Translations under genes and position numbers: made by a program
The notes under the pieces: generated by a model
Told to the model about the DNA's origin: nothing
Database searches by the model: none
Seen by the model: the letters and a program-made list of their open reading frames with translations, nothing else
Shown here: one piece after another, positions 32,664 through 35,186 of the stretch
How the letters are laid out: every line of letters starts with the position of its first letter
How positions within the stretch are numbered: the first letter of the stretch is position 1
Assembly: GCA_001938525.1 (NCBI GenBank)
Contig: MQRL01597604.1
Coordinates: 1 to 35,186, forward strand
Direction: 5' to 3'
DNA from: Dugesia japonica
Taxonomy: Eukaryota
Length of the DNA: 35,186 bases

Positions 32664-33960
32664 TCAAAGTGAGATATATACTCTAGAATTATTTTCACTT
32701 CCTCGTCCTTGTCCTGATCCTTTTTTTAATCCGGTAAAATCTTTATTCTCTGCCAATATCATACATAGGGATCGTATGTCTCGATTCATTAATTGCCTTA
32801 AGTCTATCCATTCACATCGGGTTGCTTTATTTTCTACCACTTCCTCTGGTTCGTCTTCAAATTTTGCTCTTGACATATAATCTGCATTTGAATTCGCTTT
32901 TCCCGTTTTGTATTTGACGAGCGGTGCATATTCTTGTAGCTTCATCGCCCATCTGGCTATTCTGTTCGCTTGTAATGGTTTCTGTCCGATCATTGTTATT
33001 GGCTGATGATCTGTATAGATTACTAATAGATGTCCAAGTATTAACTGATTAAATTGTTTTACAGCCTTTACTATTGCCAAAATTTCCCGTGTAGTGGTGC
33101 TAAAATTCTTTTCGGATCCTTGAAATGTTTTACTAAAATATCCGATCACTCTTTCTCGTCCTTCTTCATCTAATTGACTCAATAATGCACCCATTGCATA
33201 ACCGCTTGCATCTGTTGCAAGTATAAATGGTTTCCTAAAGTCTGGTTGTACTAATATCGGTGCGGTCATTAACTTTTCTCGAATTGTTTCAAATGCCTTT
33301 TGATGCTCCTCTGTCCAAATGAATTTTACGTCTTGTTTTACTAGCGATTGAATCGGTCTCACAAAAGTCGCAAATCCTTTAATAAATTTTCGATAATAAT
33401 TCGCCATACCTAGTAACACTTGAATGTCGTTCACATTTCTCNGCGCAGGTAAATTCTTGATTTTCTCGATATTCGTCGGATTCAGTTGCTTCCCTTTGTC
33501 TGATATCAGATGCCCCAAATAAGTCACCTGATTTTTCGCCCATTCACACTTCGTAGGTTTCCCTCGTAGTTTCCATTCTCTAATTCGTACAAATACATTC
33601 CTAAAATCTTTCAAATGTTCTTCAAACGTGACTGAAAATATCAACAAATCGTCTATATATACCATACACTGAGGTATACCATGTGTCACAAAATTCATGC
33701 ATATCTGAAATGATGCAGGTGAGTTTGTCAATCCAAACGGCATTCGAACAAATTGATATAAATCTTTTCCAACTGAAAACACAGTTTTATCTTTATCCGC
33801 TTCTTCTATTTTGATTTGTCAATATCCACTCCGCAAATCTAATGTCGTAAATATCTTTGCATTATATAAGAGCGTTAACATATCGTTAATGTCTGGTAAC
33901 GGATAGGTATCCTTTTTCGTTTTCGATTCAGTTGTCTGTAATCAATACAGAATCTCATTG
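32664..33960 (-). pseudogene. pol: Reverse transcriptase plus RNase H of element C
   Basis: RFCIDYR, YPLPDI, LDLRSGY*Q, RMPFGLTNSPASFQ, VYIDDLLIFS, LATDASG, IYTDHQP, NADYMSR. Confidence 0.95.
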
Positions 33961-34063
33961 TTCCGTATTTCTTTTTCACCAATACTACTGGAAATTGTCA
34001 TGGTGAACAACTTGGCTCGATTACTTTACATTTTAGCATCTCGTCAATTTTTTCCTCACAGAT

Positions 34064-35008
34064 CTATCGGTTTGCTTCGGCTTGTTTGTAAGTTCGCAAT
34101 TTTATTGGTGTTTCGTCTGTTAGTACTATTGAGTGCTTGGTCCCCGCACACGTACCTAATTCGTTGTCCGTCCACGCAAAAATATCTCTGAATTCCTCCA
34201 GTAGTTGTAATAATTCAGCTTTTTCAGCTGCTGATAGAATCGTTGACGTCCGATCTACTTCTTCTGAGTTTGTCGGTAACTCGATTTCCATTTTCTTTGC
34301 CTTTTCTTCTTTTAATTTCTCATAATCATTATTTATCACATTATTCATTTCCGTCTCTTCGTCTTCCAGTGGGGTTAATACTCCGATTATGGAATTCGGA
34401 TAAATAGTAATGTCTTCCCTTGATATATTCAAAACATTCACTGGCACTTTGCCATCGTCGGACACTTTTACTATTTCCTTTGCCGCAGGCAATTTATATT
34501 GCTTTGAGAACCCTTCATGTGGTTTAAAAATCATATCCTCTTTACAGTTTGCTTGGGTTTTTGCAATACAAAATACTTGACTCCTCCTCGGTATCACCAA
34601 TTTTTCGTTTGTATATACTTCATTATCCTTTATATATAAATTTTCTCTGGAATTCAATATTTTCAATGTTGTCATATTCAAAACTACATTTTTCATCAAT
34701 AATGGAATTAGATCCGTTCCTAATATACAATCCTCACTCATATTCATTATTGTCATTTCATGCGATACCGTTCTCCCTTGATATTCAACTTCACATCGTA
34801 ATTTGCCACACACTTCTGGTTGCCATTCATCTGCTAGAAATATTTCTGATTTATTCTGGGTAATGTATGGCCACTTGGTTGGTGATATTAGATTATAATT
34901 TAATACTGATATTGTTGCTCCGGTATCCAACAACGCTGATAATATCCTCCCATCAATTTTTAGGTCTTTTAGTATTCGATTCCCAGCCTCAGAATAATTA
35001 TAACACAC
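34064..35008 (-). CDS. pol: Aspartic protease plus linker of element C
   Basis: ALLDTGATISVL, CILGTDL, EEFRDIFA. Confidence 0.92.
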   Translation of the reverse strand: MCYNYSEAGNRILKDLKIDGRILSALLDTGATISVLNYNLISPTKWPYITQNKSEIFLADEWQPEVCGKLRCEVEYQGRTVSHEMTIMNMSEDCILGTDLIPLLMKNVVLNMTTLKILNSRENLYIKDNEVYTNEKLVIPRRSQVFCIAKTQANCKEDMIFKPHEGFSKQYKLPAAKEIVKVSDDGKVPVNVLNISREDITIYPNSIIGVLTPLEDEETEMNNVINNDYEKLKEEKAKKMEIELPTNSEEVDRTSTILSAAEKAELLQLLEEFRDIFAWTDNELGTCAGTKHSIVLTDETPIKLRTYKQAEANR

Positions 35009-35074
35009 ATAATCCTTCTTCTTTGTTCGAGTAATTTTAACTGTATTTCCGATTTCTGGTTTGAGTTCAACTCG

Positions 35075-35186
35075 TCTCTAACTCTTGATAAATGCCCCAT
35101 TAAACCACAAAGATAGCATCGATTCAATTTCTCACATTCCATTTCGGAATGTCCCTTTTTCCCGCAAGTTACACAATGTTTGCCTT
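35075..35186 (-). pseudogene. gag: gag zinc knuckles of element C
   Basis: Manual translation: CVTCGKKGHSEMEC..CYLCGLMGHLSR. Confidence 0.85.

Larger units (their letters stand above)
31186..35186 (-). mobile_element. Ty3/Gypsy element C (gag end, PR, RT, RH, IN), 3'-truncated, continues past the right edge
   Basis: Canonical Gypsy domain order with scattered stops and frameshifts. Confidence 0.92.

Overview
AT-rich eukaryotic DNA from a gapped draft assembly. It looks invertebrate, but the host cannot be established from this window. It consists almost entirely of decayed, nested mobile elements, with no clear host gene. (1) 1-~15.5 kb, minus strand: a very large Ty3/Gypsy-like LTR retroelement with an unusual layout. 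A ~5 kb leader carrying five covarying hairpin+pseudoknot units precedes gag (two CCHC knuckles). About 8.4 kb of cargo follows: four tandem ubiquitin-like repeats, an AT-hook/acidic protein and a chuvirus-type glycoprotein. Only then comes the aspartic protease (DTGA), which runs off the window edge, so the env-like gene lies between gag and pol and may be part of one polyprotein. (2) 19367-23600, minus: a small Gypsy element with both ends intact (91-bp LTRs, PBS, PPT, CTGAA TSD). It is inserted in a palindromic MITE, and a second copy of that MITE sits where its RT core is deleted. (3) ~24.6-29.3 kb: a Cys-hendecad secreted-like ORF and an internally deleted Polinton/Maverick (adenain protease, PX-like membrane protein, ZnF ORF fused to an integrase N-terminus). 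(4) 30.5-31.2 kb: plus-strand Gypsy pol scraps. (5) 31.2-35.2 kb, minus: Gypsy gag end plus PR-RT-RH-IN. All family assignments come from motif recognition by eye; no searches were run.
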